Source of the DNA: Paraspadella gotoi
Lineage: Eukaryota; Animalia; Chaetognatha
Reading direction: 5' to 3'
NCBI GenBank assembly: GCA_051294375.1
Contig: CM119269.1
Location: 5,837,183-5,901,182 of the forward strand
Length of the DNA: 64,000 nucleotides
Shown here in pieces: positions 26,487 through 43,940 of this stretch. Below the pieces are notes generated by a model that worked only from the letters and a program-made list of their open reading frames with translations, had not been told where the DNA came from and did not search any database. Positions within the stretch are counted from its first letter, which is position 1. The number at the start of each line of letters is the position of its first letter. Both the position numbers and the translations under genes were made by a program.

Positions 26487-28063
26487 GGAATCTGCGATGA
26501 CTCTTTTTTCTTAGTTCGTCGTTCGTTCGTTCGATCCCTCTGTCCGTACGTCTTGGTGCGTGTTTATTCATCAACGAAGAACTCTCACCTTTTTTTTAGA
26601 AGAAACAATCAAACGCGTTAAAGTTTACAAACCCACACTTTAAATTTGAAAAACAACTTCATCGATAGGAAACCCTGATAGTGGGTTGTACGGGAGTTAA
26701 TAAACTAAACTGTGAGAGAGTCTTGATTGAAAGCTCGCTGAATCCTTTTATGTTATAATCTTGTAATAGGAATTACGGCCTTAATGCAACAAGATAGTTC
26801 ATTCCTTTTTTTATGAAATTGGTGCAACCAATATGAAAATTTTCAATTCATTTTATAAAATAAAATAAACCTTTTTTTTATTAATTGGTTGTACCAATTT
26901 CGTACCTATTGTACAGTTCACACAACGTAGTATATCCCTAACCAATTACGCGATTGACCGATCGAACGTCGGGTTCGAAGTTTTAACCTCGACTTCCTAA
27001 CTGCGAATCGACTCAAAACAGAAGAAAATCTTCGTTTCGGTCGAAACGTTGATTCGATTTCCGCCTCATGGAACAAAACAAAACAAAGAAGCCCGTTTTG
27101 TTTTGACCATAATCAGCGCGCTCCCCGCGTTCGGCGAGTCCCGACAGAAGTGACCAATGTTTTGTACAGGCGACGACGCGGCGACAGGCGGGCCAGGCGG
27201 ACAGGCCGACAAAGCGACGAGTGGACAAGCCGATCCGCCCCCCCAGTCTCACGCGCCTTCTCTTTTCCTTCCTTCCTTTCTTCTTCGTCAACTTTTCCCT
27301 TCAACCGACATTAATGATTTTAAAAGTTTTTCACATTACAATTTTAGAAAATTTGACAATGAACAAAAATTTATCGAACGATTCCCCAGATTTAGGATAA
27401 AAAAATATTGGATTAATTCGTAATTAATAATTAATTAATACGCATCCCATCCAATTACAATTACCATCAGACAAGGGGAATAAGGGGTTGTACGAGATAT
27501 CATCGAATCCCTGAAATAAATTCTGTCTTCTTGAAAAAGGAGGGTCCATAAAAAACTTTGACGACATATAAATATGAAAGTTTTACTTGAAATTTTAATT
27601 TAGTTTTAATATCTTAAAGAAGTTAGAAATAAAGTTAGCTACCGATTAAAATAAAAATAAGAATTTTGCGTGAATGGTTCTTAATCAACTCACCTGAATC
27701 ACAACGTAAAGAAAATTAGGGTCGACTTCTGTGTAGCGACAATTCGTTTAATTTTTTTTGTCCTTTGATATATTTTTGAGCTGACGAATTTTTACGAGGA
27801 TTTTAAAAAAAAATTTATTACATGCAGCTCCGAAAAAATCTTTTTAACTATTTATCTGTTTAACTAAACTTTATGAAAAAGGCTTTTATTTTCTTGGTTC
27901 AATTTTTTTTTCTTATTCTTTTAATTTTGCTGTCGTCGTCTTTTTCTTTCAAATTCGCTTCGTAATGATTTTTTTATTTCTTTCATCCGCCGCGACTTTA
28001 TATCGTCAATCCTCTTTCCGTTACGTCTCAAAAAACCTCCCCCATCTCTTTATCAGAGGAAAG

Positions 28064-28141
<78 letters not shown>

Positions 28142-28424
28142 GAGAGAGAGAGAGAGAGAGGACATGAATGTGGAAAGAAAAGCACATAACCGGAGCTCCG
28201 GCATCACCATAGACTACGAAGACACCATAGCTACCATGAATGTTGGAAAGAGAGAGAGAGAGAGATAGAGAGAGAGAAAGAGAGAGGGAGAGGGAGAGAG
28301 AGAACGGGAGAACCGTCCTGGAACTCGTTCCTTTTTCTCTCCATCTCACGATTCCTCGTCGTAGTCGTCGTCGTTGTCGTCGTCGTCTTCGTCGTCCTGT
28401 CGTCCGTCGTTCTTCGTGCGGCAT
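20540..28424 (-). CDS. Unresolved multi-exon gene, probably ciliary; sequence appears error-rich
   Basis: Coding-like islands between microsatellites, several with minus-strand AG/GT ends: 28424-28350 (ATG..|GTGAGA), ~26433-26308 (PRLGDQKKNLERKEGEW..), ~24735-24522 (..ILEEYEHYLLAISPIMDSEELEDL), ~23762-23680 (RYPLMKSFRWSTPSIVSRRH), ~23450-23392, ~22825-22370, ~20823-20553. Frames are broken and no family was recognised. Confidence 0.35.
26004..26290. repeat. 44-bp tandem minisatellite, ~6.5 copies
   Basis: GAATCTCCCATCTTCCATATTCACCAAATCACCACTTCGGTTAT starting at 26004, 26048, 26092, 26136, 26180, 26224, 26268; no spacers. Confidence 0.95.
26813..26903. repeat. Short inverted-repeat (MITE-like) element
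   Basis: ATGAAATTGGTGCAACCAAT (26813-26832) pairs with ATTGGTTGTACCAATTTCGT (26884-26903), 2 mismatches; the same arm recurs at 38126-38145. Confidence 0.5.
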
Positions 28425-28593
28425 TTCGACAAGAGCACGGGGCCGAAACGGGGGCTCTTGAAAGATCCTCACGGTTTCAATGGCGACGACGACGAAGACG
28501 ACGACGACGACGCCGACGACGACGACGACGACGACGTAAACGACGTCCGCGATGGAAAAACCGGAAAAGGAGGCGCGTTTGGTGGAACTACGG

Positions 28594-28607
28594 GTTGCCA
28601 TGGTAAC
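28594..28607. promoter_or_regulatory. RFX X-box
   Basis: GTTGCCATGGTAAC matches the GTTNCCATGGNAAC consensus, in a CpG-rich patch 170 bp upstream of a minus-strand ATG. Confidence 0.65.
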
Positions 28608-29033
28608 TGGATTCCGGAAGAGGGAGAGCGGGGATAAAGAAAATTCCGAAACGGGATCGAATGACGAGGATATATTTTCGTCGATGAGTTTGTGTGGGAG
28701 AGAAGGGTTATGTGTGAGTTGATGAGGTTTCTTTCGAGTTGTTTTTGGTTTTGATACTTGATACTTCTTTTTTTTCTATTTTGTCTCTTGAACTGACTTT
28801 AACTTTCTTTTTTAACTCTCTCATTATTAATTATTAAATTGAACACTTTACTGACAAATAGAAAAGGATGCATATTAACTATTCGAAACTGGAAAGTTTC
28901 CATTGACTGAATAATTATAAAAGAACAAAATATGTAGAACCAATTAAAACAATGCTTTGAACTCCTCAGGAAATGTTTAACAAAACTTTTGAAAAACCTT
29001 TAAACGTTAATATATAACAAAAAATGTAATTCT

Positions 29034-29350
29034 AATGTGTTGCGCTGCAGTAACATTCTTTCAAGTGTATTTCCAGTGATCATGTAACATACATTAAATT
29101 TTACGTCATGTGATCGTTTTTTAAAGTGATCACGTCACTAGACAAGTATGGTATATGTGCAAATATGCATATCAAAGGTTTTATGGTACCTCACTTTCAT
29201 ACCAAATATGAAGTAAATTGTAAATTGTAAATTGTAAATTTTAACATAAGTGGGACAAACCAACAAATAAACTTACTGACCGACTGACCGACCGACCGAC
29301 CGCCCATAACCCAAGAGTTGCTTTGCGAGTACTCGCGGCGTAACTAAAAA
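29034..29350 (+). mobile_element. DINE-1/HINE-like element copy
   Basis: Starts AATGTGTTGCGCTGCAGTAAC, has (GACC)n, ends GAGTTGCTTTGCGAGTACTCGCGGCGTAACTAAAAA. Confidence 0.65.
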
Positions 29351-29665
29351 GAGCTATGAATATCGAGATTAAAAAAAAATATAAAATTGCTATCCTAGTT
29401 TCCGAGTTTCCCTCAAACCGAGGAAACAGAATTGAGTATCAAAAAAAAACAAACAATATAATTCTATCTAATGACGCACCTGATTTTTCTTTTGTTTCTA
29501 AACTTTCTTTTTTAAATGTTGTTTTTTTGTTTCAACCCCTGTGCCAATTTGTAGCAAAGGAAACGTCGAAAACCCGAAAACCTGTCCTCGGATGATCCTT
29601 TGTTTCATTTCTCTCCTTCTGACAGTTTATTGCTTTTTCTCTCTGATTCTTTTTTCGGAGTTGAA

Positions 29666-29761
<96 letters not shown>

Positions 29762-29975
29762 TCTGCCACTGCTCGGCTTTTTATTAGAACCAAGGTCTTC
29801 TTCATCCGATCCTCGTTCTCGGCTTCTAAATCCAGCCGCGAAAGATCGTCCCGCTGAGACAACAACTCGCGAAAGAGACAACCACAATTTTGTGTGTGTG
29901 TGTGTGGATGGACTCTCTTCGCTCCTTAGATAAATCTCGCGCATAATAGAAAATAAATATATTTTTTGATAAAAA

Positions 29976-34352
<4,377 letters not shown>

Positions 34353-34544
34353 AATCACATGAGTGAATATGTTGTGAAACTCGATCAAAATTAAGTCGGT
34401 TAATACTTAATATGTTTTTTAATCACTAATTTCGACTCAGCTGGTCTGCAAAAACTATCCTACATTTGTTCTTTTTTATTTAGTTTTCATTCTTGGGTCT
34501 TGATATGTTATGTGTAATTTTTGTCATCAGGCGTTATTGTTGTG

Positions 34545-34690
34545 ACCCGGTGGTTCATTGAGTAAAGCCATCAGCTCATGACAACTAGGTACCGGGTTCA
34601 TGTTACGGATAGTAGCCTTCAGCCCACTTAGCGCCTTATCCACATTGTAACTCGGAATTTTTGGTTGCATTAAGAGTCCAACCCCGTTTA
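34545..34690 (+). mobile_element. tRNA-derived SINE-like head
   Basis: Degenerate A box (GGTGGTTCATTGAGTAA) and B box (CGGGTTCATGTT) with tRNA-like spacing; no complete cloverleaf. Confidence 0.4.
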
Positions 34691-35624
34691 TTTAAAACGA
34701 TATGTTGTGAATAGAAAGGTGATATCTGTCCCTTAAGTTTTTGTCTCATTATTTAATCATTTTTAAATGTTTGTACAATGTACATTGCACTTTTTACACT
34801 TTTTAAATTATAAAAATTCGAAATGTTTTAGATAATAATAACTATAAATAATGAGATAAAAAGATTTAAAATCATCCTTATTAAAAAGTCAGCAATAATA
34901 AAGATAGAAATGAACCACCAATGTTTTATTAAGGCATGTAACGATATTACGTGACGTCCTCGTCGGGTCCTCAAGAGCGACGTCATGAGTGACGTTATCA
35001 AGGTTTCGGTTCATGTGAAATAAAAGAGCAATCATTAGCATACAACTTCGAAGGCGCCACCCAACAGTTATTAAATTAATAGAAAGTTAGTATAAATCAC
35101 TACAAAAATATAGTTGACACGGAGTTGCCAACTCGTGCCAGCCTATTGGAGAGCAATCCAGAACATAAATTCTAGTATGTATGTATGTATGTATGTCTTT
35201 TCAGTGTGTTAGGGAGAAGTACCCAAGTAAATTGTTTAAAAAAACAATATCGTGTCGGCGTGGGTGTGATTTTAAGTGTGTGAGAGATAGAGAGAAAACA
35301 AGAGAGAAAGAAAAGGGAAGAAGAAAAAAGAGAGCGATTTACAAGAAGAGAAACGAATTTGGCATTGAAATGGAAATGCATCGGGGAAAGCCTGGGATTT
35401 AAATTGAACTTCCACGCAAATAATCTTATTGAAAAAAAGAGAGACTGGGTTTAAGCTCATTAAGGTCTTTTGTTTTTCCCCGGAGACGCGAATAAAAGGG
35501 CAACGCGACGCGCATCCGCCATCCCGTCCTCTTTTTATTATCTGGCTCCGACGCGGGGAAAACGTTTAGGATATTTTTTTTTCAAGAATAAGTTACGAAG
35601 TAAAATTATATCACGAATTGTAAA

Positions 35625-36837
35625 ATGTATACCAACTGCGCCCTTGTTTTACAACTAGTCATCGGCGTTTGGTTGCTGGTAAGTTTAAGCGATGGAGAAA
35701 TAAGAAATTAGAAATAAGAAATTTTAAAAACGTTTTAAACTTAACTGTCAACGATTCTATATTGTTAAGATGGGTTTTGGTAAGGCCTCAATTATCTTTC
35801 CCCCACTACTAGTTCTTCTCCCTCACCCTAAAAGTCAACCGAAACCAAATTCCATTTCCCGTAAATGATTAAACGATGAGACCAAAGACAGAAAATTGGA
35901 GGGGGGGGAAACTTAAAGCGAAATCGGAGCCCGTTTGACTCGGAGAATGACCCCGGAACTGACCCCGGGAACTGAGCCGGAACTGACGCGGGAATTGACC
36001 CTGGAAATGAACCCTGAAAGACGAACGACTGACTCTTATGGATCCGAAAAGACGAAAAGTGAAAACTGACTTATAACCGACCCTGAACTTACCAGAGACT
36101 CACCCTTCACCCTCTTTCGTCTCCAAGGCCGATTCATACGGTTGTCCCGGGTCCATGATGCCGCAGCAGCAGCAGCAGCAACCGAATCCGTTTATGAGTC
36201 ACGGAAAACGAAGTCTCCGGAATTTTGAAGTGGATCCCAGATGCTTGGAAGACTGTCTCGACAAAGTTCAGGTTAGCGGGGTAAGCACTGGAATGATCGG
36301 AGAAAGGAATCGCAACTAAAAACGGCCAGAATTAATGATGGTTATTTCACGTTAGATTTTCTGCTCGAGTTTTAGAAAAACGTGTTATATATAAATTTAA
36401 ATGTATTGATTTTATTAATAATAATAACTACTGTAGGTCTCATGAATATGAATTTTTTTTTATTCAACCTTATTTTTTTTTTTTTTTCTCCACTCAATCA
36501 CTTAAACTTAAACTTCATTGAATAAACCTTTTGTTTTTGTTTTTCTCTCTTTTTTTTAATTAATTTATAATTAACAAAGATCAGCTGGAGAATAATTTCG
36601 CTTTCACCAGAATCTCACTTTTAAGAGGATCTCACTTCTATTCGCTTTACGTCGTAAATTACGAGAATATTATTTTTACCACTCTCTCTCTCTCTCTCTC
36701 TCTCTCTTTTCCTCTCACTCTCTCAGAGCTCAATGGAGTCATTGCCCTCGATTTCCTCCGCCACCGATGCGTCGCCGTCTTGGGAAACCGTGTGCCGCGA
36801 CATCTGTCGAGAATCGAGGGAATTCGCCGTCGACTGA
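35625..36837 (+). CDS. Orphan secreted prepropeptide (neuropeptide/hormone-like), 102 aa
   Basis: Exons 35625-35678 (|GTAAGT), 36128-36271 (|GTTAGC), 36727-36837, all phase 0: MYTNCALVLQLVIGVWLL/ADSYGCPGSMMPQQQQQQPNPFMSHGKRSLRNFEVDPRCLEDCLDKVQ/SSMESLPSISSATDASPSWETVCRDICRESREFAVD*. Confidence 0.72.
35945..36018. repeat. Degenerate 12-13-bp tandem repeat (GACCCCGGAACT), intronic
   Basis: About six imperfect copies seen directly. Confidence 0.8.
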
Positions 36838-37515
36838 TCTTTTGTCTGTCGGATTTAGAGTCTATCAGCCCGCGACACCTTTAGGGACGCAAGGGAATGA
36901 ACGTTTTACCCCAATTGGTTTCTTTGTTTTATTGTTGTTGAGTCTAAGGCCCCGGGGAAAAAATTGCAGGAAAGGGAAAATACATTAGGTCTATTTTTTG
37001 CGACAATTTTCTAGCTACTATCGATCTGTGTTTAAATTTTGTTGTTACATACTGTATACTGTTATTAAAAGCTATCTATCATCCTTTTTTATTTTCATTT
37101 CCTATTTATTTTTTCTTTCAGAAATCAGTCTGATAGGTCCTAATTTTTATAGAGTAGAAAGTCGAACGACTGTAGCTAATTATGATATCAAAAACGAAAA
37201 ACGCCAGACCGATCCACAGAGATTCAACACCGCATTTTGGCCGACGATGTAGCGACTGCCACCGATCATAAAATAAATCAAAGAAAAATCGAAAAAGTCA
37301 GAATCGATGTGCACGTTTTGTCTCTCGAGGCTAAGGGTACGACAGAAGAAATCAGTTGAAAACAAAGCGTTTATTTAAAAGATGTTGTAATAAGTTTTCG
37401 CTGAAAACTCAAAAGTACTCTAAAAGGTAAACCATAATACTTAAATTTATAATTATACGATCTTTTCGTAATTTATTCCATTTTGTGTTTTCAGTCCGAA
37501 AAAAAAAGAACAAAG

Positions 37516-38147
37516 ATGCTGAATCTCAAAAGTCGTAAGATCCTTTTATTTTTATCATTTGTTGTCGTTGTCGTCGTCGTCGTCTTCACTCTCAAAATCA
37601 AAAAAACTGATTTGAAAAAGTTTTTAGATGCCGATAACTCGGCCGACTCCACCTCTCATCCGGCGCCCATCGGCGTCCTTAATCGCCTCTACGCCAGCCT
37701 CAGCGACGCCGGCGTCCGCCTCTTTCTCACCGAAACCAGCGACTTGCTCAAAGCGGCGCAAAGACAACTGGTCGGCTCGCTTTTCTCGATCCCAACGTCT
37801 TCGTTCAACGTTTCGGCGTCTTTGGCGAAGACGCCGACGCCCTGAACGAAGCCCTCGCCGACTTTGGGAAATGCGGCGCGGCGGAGGCGCCGTGCGGAGC
37901 CGAGGTCCGCATCGGGCGGCAGACGGAAGACGGCGTCCTCGTGAATGTCCTCGTGGTCATTGAGTCGACGCCGCATCCGAAGGGTCAAATCCTTACCGAC
38001 GAGAAAGAGATCGAGAAACACGAGAGCCTTGACGACGGTGAAGCAGCTGCTCATGCAAGTTCGAACCCGGGGATTCGAGTCAGGGGCAAGATTGCTTATT
38101 TATTAAAGGAATGGATAATTTTTATATTGGTTGTACCAATTTCATAG
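37516..38147 (+). CDS. Putative type II membrane protein with one apparent frameshift near 37785
   Basis: MLNLKSRKILLFLSFVVVVVVVVFTLK (basic tail + TM), then GC-rich coding-like sequence; adding one base at the T run gives ..VGSLFLDPNVFVQRFGVFGEDADALNEALADFGKC.. open to 38147. Confidence 0.45.
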
Positions 38148-38657
38148 ATGGGTAAAGTGAGTACAATTTTTTTCGATGAACAACGCCGAACAAACTAATT
38201 TTAAAAATTCACAAAAATCCATGAGTCTGGCAAAATAAGGCAAAATTGAAAACGCTTTTTTTCAGTCAACGCCATCTTTTCTGACGTCGTTTTAGTTTAA
38301 ACCAAAAATCACGGAGTCGGAAAGGTCCCAAAATTGCCGCGACATTAAAGTCTCTTATCGCGAGAAAAAACAGTCGCGACTTAACTTAGTTTTGAAAGTC
38401 GTAGGTTTCGAAACGACTGTTTCTCAAATGATTATCTTTTTTCTTCGTTATCGCAATGACGCCGCCGCCGCCGCCGCCGGAGCCGCCGCCGCCGCCGCCG
38501 CCGCAGCCGGAGCCGTCGTCGTCTTCCTCGCCGTCTTAGTCCCTATTGAGTATCGTTCGTTCGTTGAACTTTTTTATTCGAATTTCGTGTCAAAGATCAT
38601 GTAACGCCATTAAAAATAAAAAAAAGCAGCCACTCCCGTCACTACAACAATCTAAAA

Positions 38658-40382
38658 ATGTCGACGGCCTTCACTCGTTTCCGTTCGTTGCTTAGCAACC
38701 GCGACGCCGATCCTCCGCTGATCGAAGGCGAGGCGGTGCCGCCGTGGGAGAGTACGACGACGCCGCCGACAGAGTCCCAATCGGAATCCGGATTCGTCAG
38801 CGGGCGACAAATCTCCACGATTTCCGGCGGCGTTGTGTTTCCCGCGAACAAGGCGTCGCCGGTCGCCGCCGGCGCCGCGACGCCCTCCGCCGGCACCTCG
38901 TGGTACGTCTCCGTGTTTCTCGTCGTCAACGCGGCGCTCGGATCGGCGCTGCTCAATTTCCCATGCGCCTTTAACGAAGCGGGCGGCGTCGTCGCCGCAC
39001 TGGGTAGGCGTGGCTAAAGTAAAACCGTGAGGCTTATTATTTAATAATTTGACGAGGCGGTGTTTGATACCTCACCTGCTTAAATATGATAGAAAAGTGA
39101 ATCGAACAAAGATAATTGAGAGTGACGGTGGTCGAGATAAAAACGAACATGATGAATAGATTTATTGAAATCAGAACAACGATTTATTTATATTTATAAT
39201 TAATTATACCCAAAAAAAATATTTAAAAAGGAAAGTAGAAACAAATAAATTCGAGCCAACAGAATTCTGAATAGGAGAAATGAATAAATTACAAACGAGA
39301 GATAAAATCCCCCACGCTCTTTTTCAAGGCGTTCAGACGGCGCTACTCGTGGTCGCCGTCGCGACGCTAGCGATCCTAGCGGTCTGCGCCGACGCCAACA
39401 ACGCCGCGACTTACCAAGACGTCGTCAGCGCCTCACTCGGAAAAGTCGGTCACGTGATCTGCGCACTGGTGGTCGTCCTTTACTGCTTCGGGACCTGCGT
39501 TACTTTTTTGATCATCATAGGTGAAGTGTGGATTGTGTCTTAAAAGAATGAAAAGTAGAGGAAGAAAAGAAGGGAAGGTTGATCGGTGAAACTCACTACT
39601 TCTCACTACTTGTATCGGAGAGTATGTATCAATGGGATTGCCACTCCTGTTTGGCTTCACTCATTTTATAAGTACCCACTAGAACCATCACTCCGAAGCG
39701 GCTTTACTTTTTTCTGTCATTCCACCGTTAAGACTCCCACTTATATTAATTCTTTTTTCCATTCTTTCCTCCTTCGAAAGCCAGTTGGCTCAATAGTTCC
39801 TTTTTAAAGCTGTTTACTTCCCTGTTTCACTTCGCTCTTGCGTGAGACTCACTCTTAACTGCTTAGATTCCTGTCTTCACACGTGACCATCACCCCTAAC
39901 CTTCGCCCCCTCACCCCTTCTTTCACAAGGCGATCAATGGGACCGGTATTTCTACAGCTTTAATAACTATTTCTGTCACACCTGGTGGAAGAGACGGACT
40001 TTCACCATCACAGTCTCGTCCGTAATCTTCATCCTTCCTCTTTGCTTCTCCAAGAGAATCGACTTTCTCAAGTACGTCTCGGCCTTTGGAGTCTTGGCCG
40101 TCGTTTACATCAACTTCTTGCAGGTCGGGTGTGGGTGAGTTAAGATTTGTTCAGCCTGCGAGGGTCACATTTTGTAAATAAAAGGTTAAATTGGGAACAG
40201 TTTTAAACGAGATTTCAGTTTTATGTTTTGACACATACACAATGTCAAACGACGGGCTAAACTGAAACCGATAGGGCACACAGGCTCCCTCAAGCACGCA
40301 GATTATAGTGTGACAGATGTTGACGACATATCGTAATGTTCAAACCGAGAAGGCATTTTGTATTAATAGGACAAAGGTAACG

Positions 40383-40453
<71 letters not shown>

Positions 40454-41571
40454 CTGACTACGACTTCCTCTTGTTAATTGTTGAACTTCAAAGGTCGCTT
40501 TTAACTGGTTGCCTTTGCAAGAACCAATTTGTTTTCCATTCATTGAGTTCAGTTCATTTAACTTTGCGATGTTAATCCCATCGATTTGACCTCCAGAGCA
40601 GGCTGGAGCGACTTCTTTCCATTTTCGTCGACAAAAAAAAAATATTTTTCATTCTTAATCTTGAATGTTCTTCTGTAATTTCTAAAATGTCAAATTCATG
40701 TCATTTTTTTCCCCACCGATTTATGCCGGATTTATTCATCTTCATTTAATTTTGTAATTTATCTTCTTCCTTCGTGATTCCCCGTCTTTTTTTATCCGGA
40801 GTAAAATGTCACTCGGCAATTAGAGTCGATGATCGTTAAATTTATTGAATCATTAAGTTTAACTACGAAAGAAAACTAGAGATTTATTATCGCTTTTAAA
40901 GTCGCGAGATCTTTTAATTTCTTAGCAAAGAGGAAAAGAAATTAATATCATTGTATTCCCCATATTTTAAAAATACTGAAATGAAAACAAAATTCGAATT
41001 TGTTTTTAGACTTCTTATTTAAAATTANNNNNNNNNNTGTATTCCCCATATTTCGAAAATTCGAATTTGTTTTTAGACTTCTTATTTAGAATTAAATACT
41101 TAATACAAAATAATTTTACCACGTCCACAGATATACAAATTTTACGAAGGAGTCGACCCAAAATACGTGGGTGAGGTGAAGACGAAACCCGATCACTGGA
41201 CGGATCTTTTTCTCGTCGCCCCTACCATATTTTTTGGGTAATAAATATTTAATTAAGGTTGATTTCAAACTTGAGTTATTTCGAGATCTTTCTTCGTACC
41301 CCCATGACCCCCACCACCCTCGCATCCCCATTCCCAGCTACCAATGTCACGTGAGCGCGGTGCCCATCTACTCTTGCCTCCGCAACCGCAGCGTCGCCGA
41401 ATTCCTGAAGACCGTGTTGACGGCGATGCTGGTCTGCATGGCGACTTACTCTGTCGCCGCCGTCTACGGGTACCTTACCTTCGGGTCAAAAGTCTACGAC
41501 GACATCCTTACCAACTACGACGCCAGCGATCCGCTCGTGTCAGTGGCGCTCATCGCGATGGCGCTGAAAAC

Positions 41572-41629
<58 letters not shown>

Positions 41630-41981
41630 TAGATAGATAAGATAGATTAGATAGATGATAGATAGATAGATAGATAGATAGAGAATAAAACTTTACTTCA
41701 TAGAAATACCAACTTAAAAAAATAAACTTACCATTCTAGCTACACGACCTACCCGCTCCTAATATTTTGCGGAAGAACCGGGGTCGAATCGTTGTGGATA
41801 AAAGCGCGCCGCTTGACGCCGGGTCGTGCCGCCAAGGGAGAGTTGGTGCGACGCATTGTGACGGTTGTCACGTGGTTTGTCGGCACTGTCGTCGTCGCCG
41901 TTTATTTGCCGGGAATCGATTCCGTCATTCCGGTTCTGGGTGAGAAGCTAAAATAGAAAGAAAAGATAGAAAGAGAGAAAA

Positions 41982-42073
<92 letters not shown>

Positions 42074-42540
42074 AAAAAAGAAGTAAAAACGTGAATTTAA
42101 AAAAAAAGGGTTCCGAACAAGCTAACCCACCCAACTATCCAACCCACCCGCCCTTCAACTACCTTGTCTCCCTTCAATCCACAGGCGCCTTCGCCACGAC
42201 CTTCATCGTCATCTTCCCAGGTCTTTGTCTCCTCCAAATCGTCCTCAAACGCGCCGACGCCGCCGCCTTGGGGGTCGACGTCGGCGCCGTCGATCGACTC
42301 AAGATGCGCAACGTGTCTCGAGCGACGCCGCCCACTTTCGACGGTGCCGCCTCCTTCGGAGCCTCGTCGTTCGGCGCCAGCATCAACTGGGCGCCGGAAA
42401 CGGTCGTCGCCCGGCGGAAGAGAACGGCGCTCAAGTGTCTGGCGATTTTCTTGATCGTTTTCGGATTTTTTATTCTCGGAATCATCGTCACCAACGGATT
42501 CATGCAGCACTCGGTCAAGACGCCGCTCTGCAGCTACTGA
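38658..42540 (+). CDS. SLC38A7: Sodium-coupled neutral amino acid transporter, SLC38A7/8-like
   Basis: Exons 38658-39003, 39329-39520, 39930-40123, 41131-41237, 41338-41571, 41740-41939, 42185-42540 join in frame. Motifs VFLVVNAALGSALLNFP, TYQDVV, FGTCVTFLIIIGDQ, FILPLC, PTIFFGYQCHVSAVPIY, YGYLTFG, TYPLLIFCGR, IFPGLCL. SLC38A7 versus 8 cannot be separated by eye. Confidence 0.9.
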
Positions 42541-42844
42541 CGGCTCGGTCCTGCGGGGCAGAGGGTGCTGCGGTTGGCTTTTATTTAATACGTTCCGTGT
42601 AAAATATCGTTTATTAGAAATAATATCTCGAAATAAGACATTGGTTATTTAAACGAGTGATCTCAAAATTTTTTTCCAATTTTTTTCTTGGCTCGCGATT
42701 TTAGCGAACCTANNNNNNNNNNTTTCGCAAAAGTCCGTTTCAGAATTATGAAAAATTAGTTTTTATTGTGAAAGAGAAAACAAAGTTTGTTTTTTGAAAT
42801 TTGATTACTATTAGAGAGATTAAACGGGGGAGAATAGAGAAAGG

Positions 42845-42921
<77 letters not shown>

Positions 42922-43940
42922 AAGAGAGAGAGCCTTATGACCTCGCCTTCTCTTCCTCCTTTCTACCGTCAAGATGCGTCAATCAAAAACGTCCAATCGA
43001 TTTTCGCGCGTGACGTCACGAAGCGCCGACGCGTGGTGACTAGAGTTCCCCAGCCTGAAAAAACCCCATACTAAGTTTTCACTCGGTCCGGTTTCCCATT
43101 ATTTCTTGTCTTAAATTCATTTTAAAAGCCTGTTTGACCAAAAAATGTTTTTGCTAATAAACCCAATAGAGCGTCAAAGTGAACTAGTACTGATGCAAAA
43201 AAAATTTGGCGAAAAATGATAATAATTTTTAAAGAAAGAGTTTTAATATGCTAAAATTTAAGGATTTTTCACCATTATTAGTTAAAAAAACACCAGTCGC
43301 TAGTTTTTTTTTATTAATTTGAAANNNNNNNNNNTTAATTTTAATAAAAGCGAAATGGTCGCGATGACGTCACAACGACGACCATCGAAAGCAAATTGTC
43401 GTTGTTGTCATCGTTGTTCTTCTGTTTTTATTCCATCTTTTTTCTTGTCGTTGTTCTTCTGTTTTTATTCCATCTTTTTTGTTGTCGTTGTTCTTCCGTT
43501 TTTATTCCATCGTTGTTGCTGGGTATAATTGTTGATGCAGTTTCTGTTGTTGTTTTTGCAATTGTTTGGTATCGCTTGATTAGTAAGATTGGCGAGGTAG
43601 AGTAGGTTAACAAAGAGCGGATTAGCAGAAGCCTTTTTCTCTTCGAAAGGATGATGTCACAATCAAAGGATTCTCATTCGCGTCTCCNNNNNNNNNNTTG
43701 TCGAGACGATTAATTTCATCGCGCGTCATTAAACTTTCTCCGCCGCAGGACAAAGGTAAGGAGGGGTGAGGCCTGAAGAGAAGGGGTGAGGGAGTGGGAG
43801 GGAAGAGTGAAAAAGAGAGGAAGGATGAAGAAAAAGGAAAATTAAGGAAAGAAAGGAAAAGGATAAAACAAATGAAGTATACAAGGAGAAGAAACCGAGA
43901 AGAGTGAAACAGAAAAGAAAGAAAATGAAGGTAAAGAAAT

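Noticed and set aside
34545-34620. tRNA gene
   Set aside because: A and B boxes are degenerate and acceptor/T stems do not close; treated as SINE-like.
40950-41090. Short duplication flanking an N gap
   Set aside because: Typical contig-overlap artefact.
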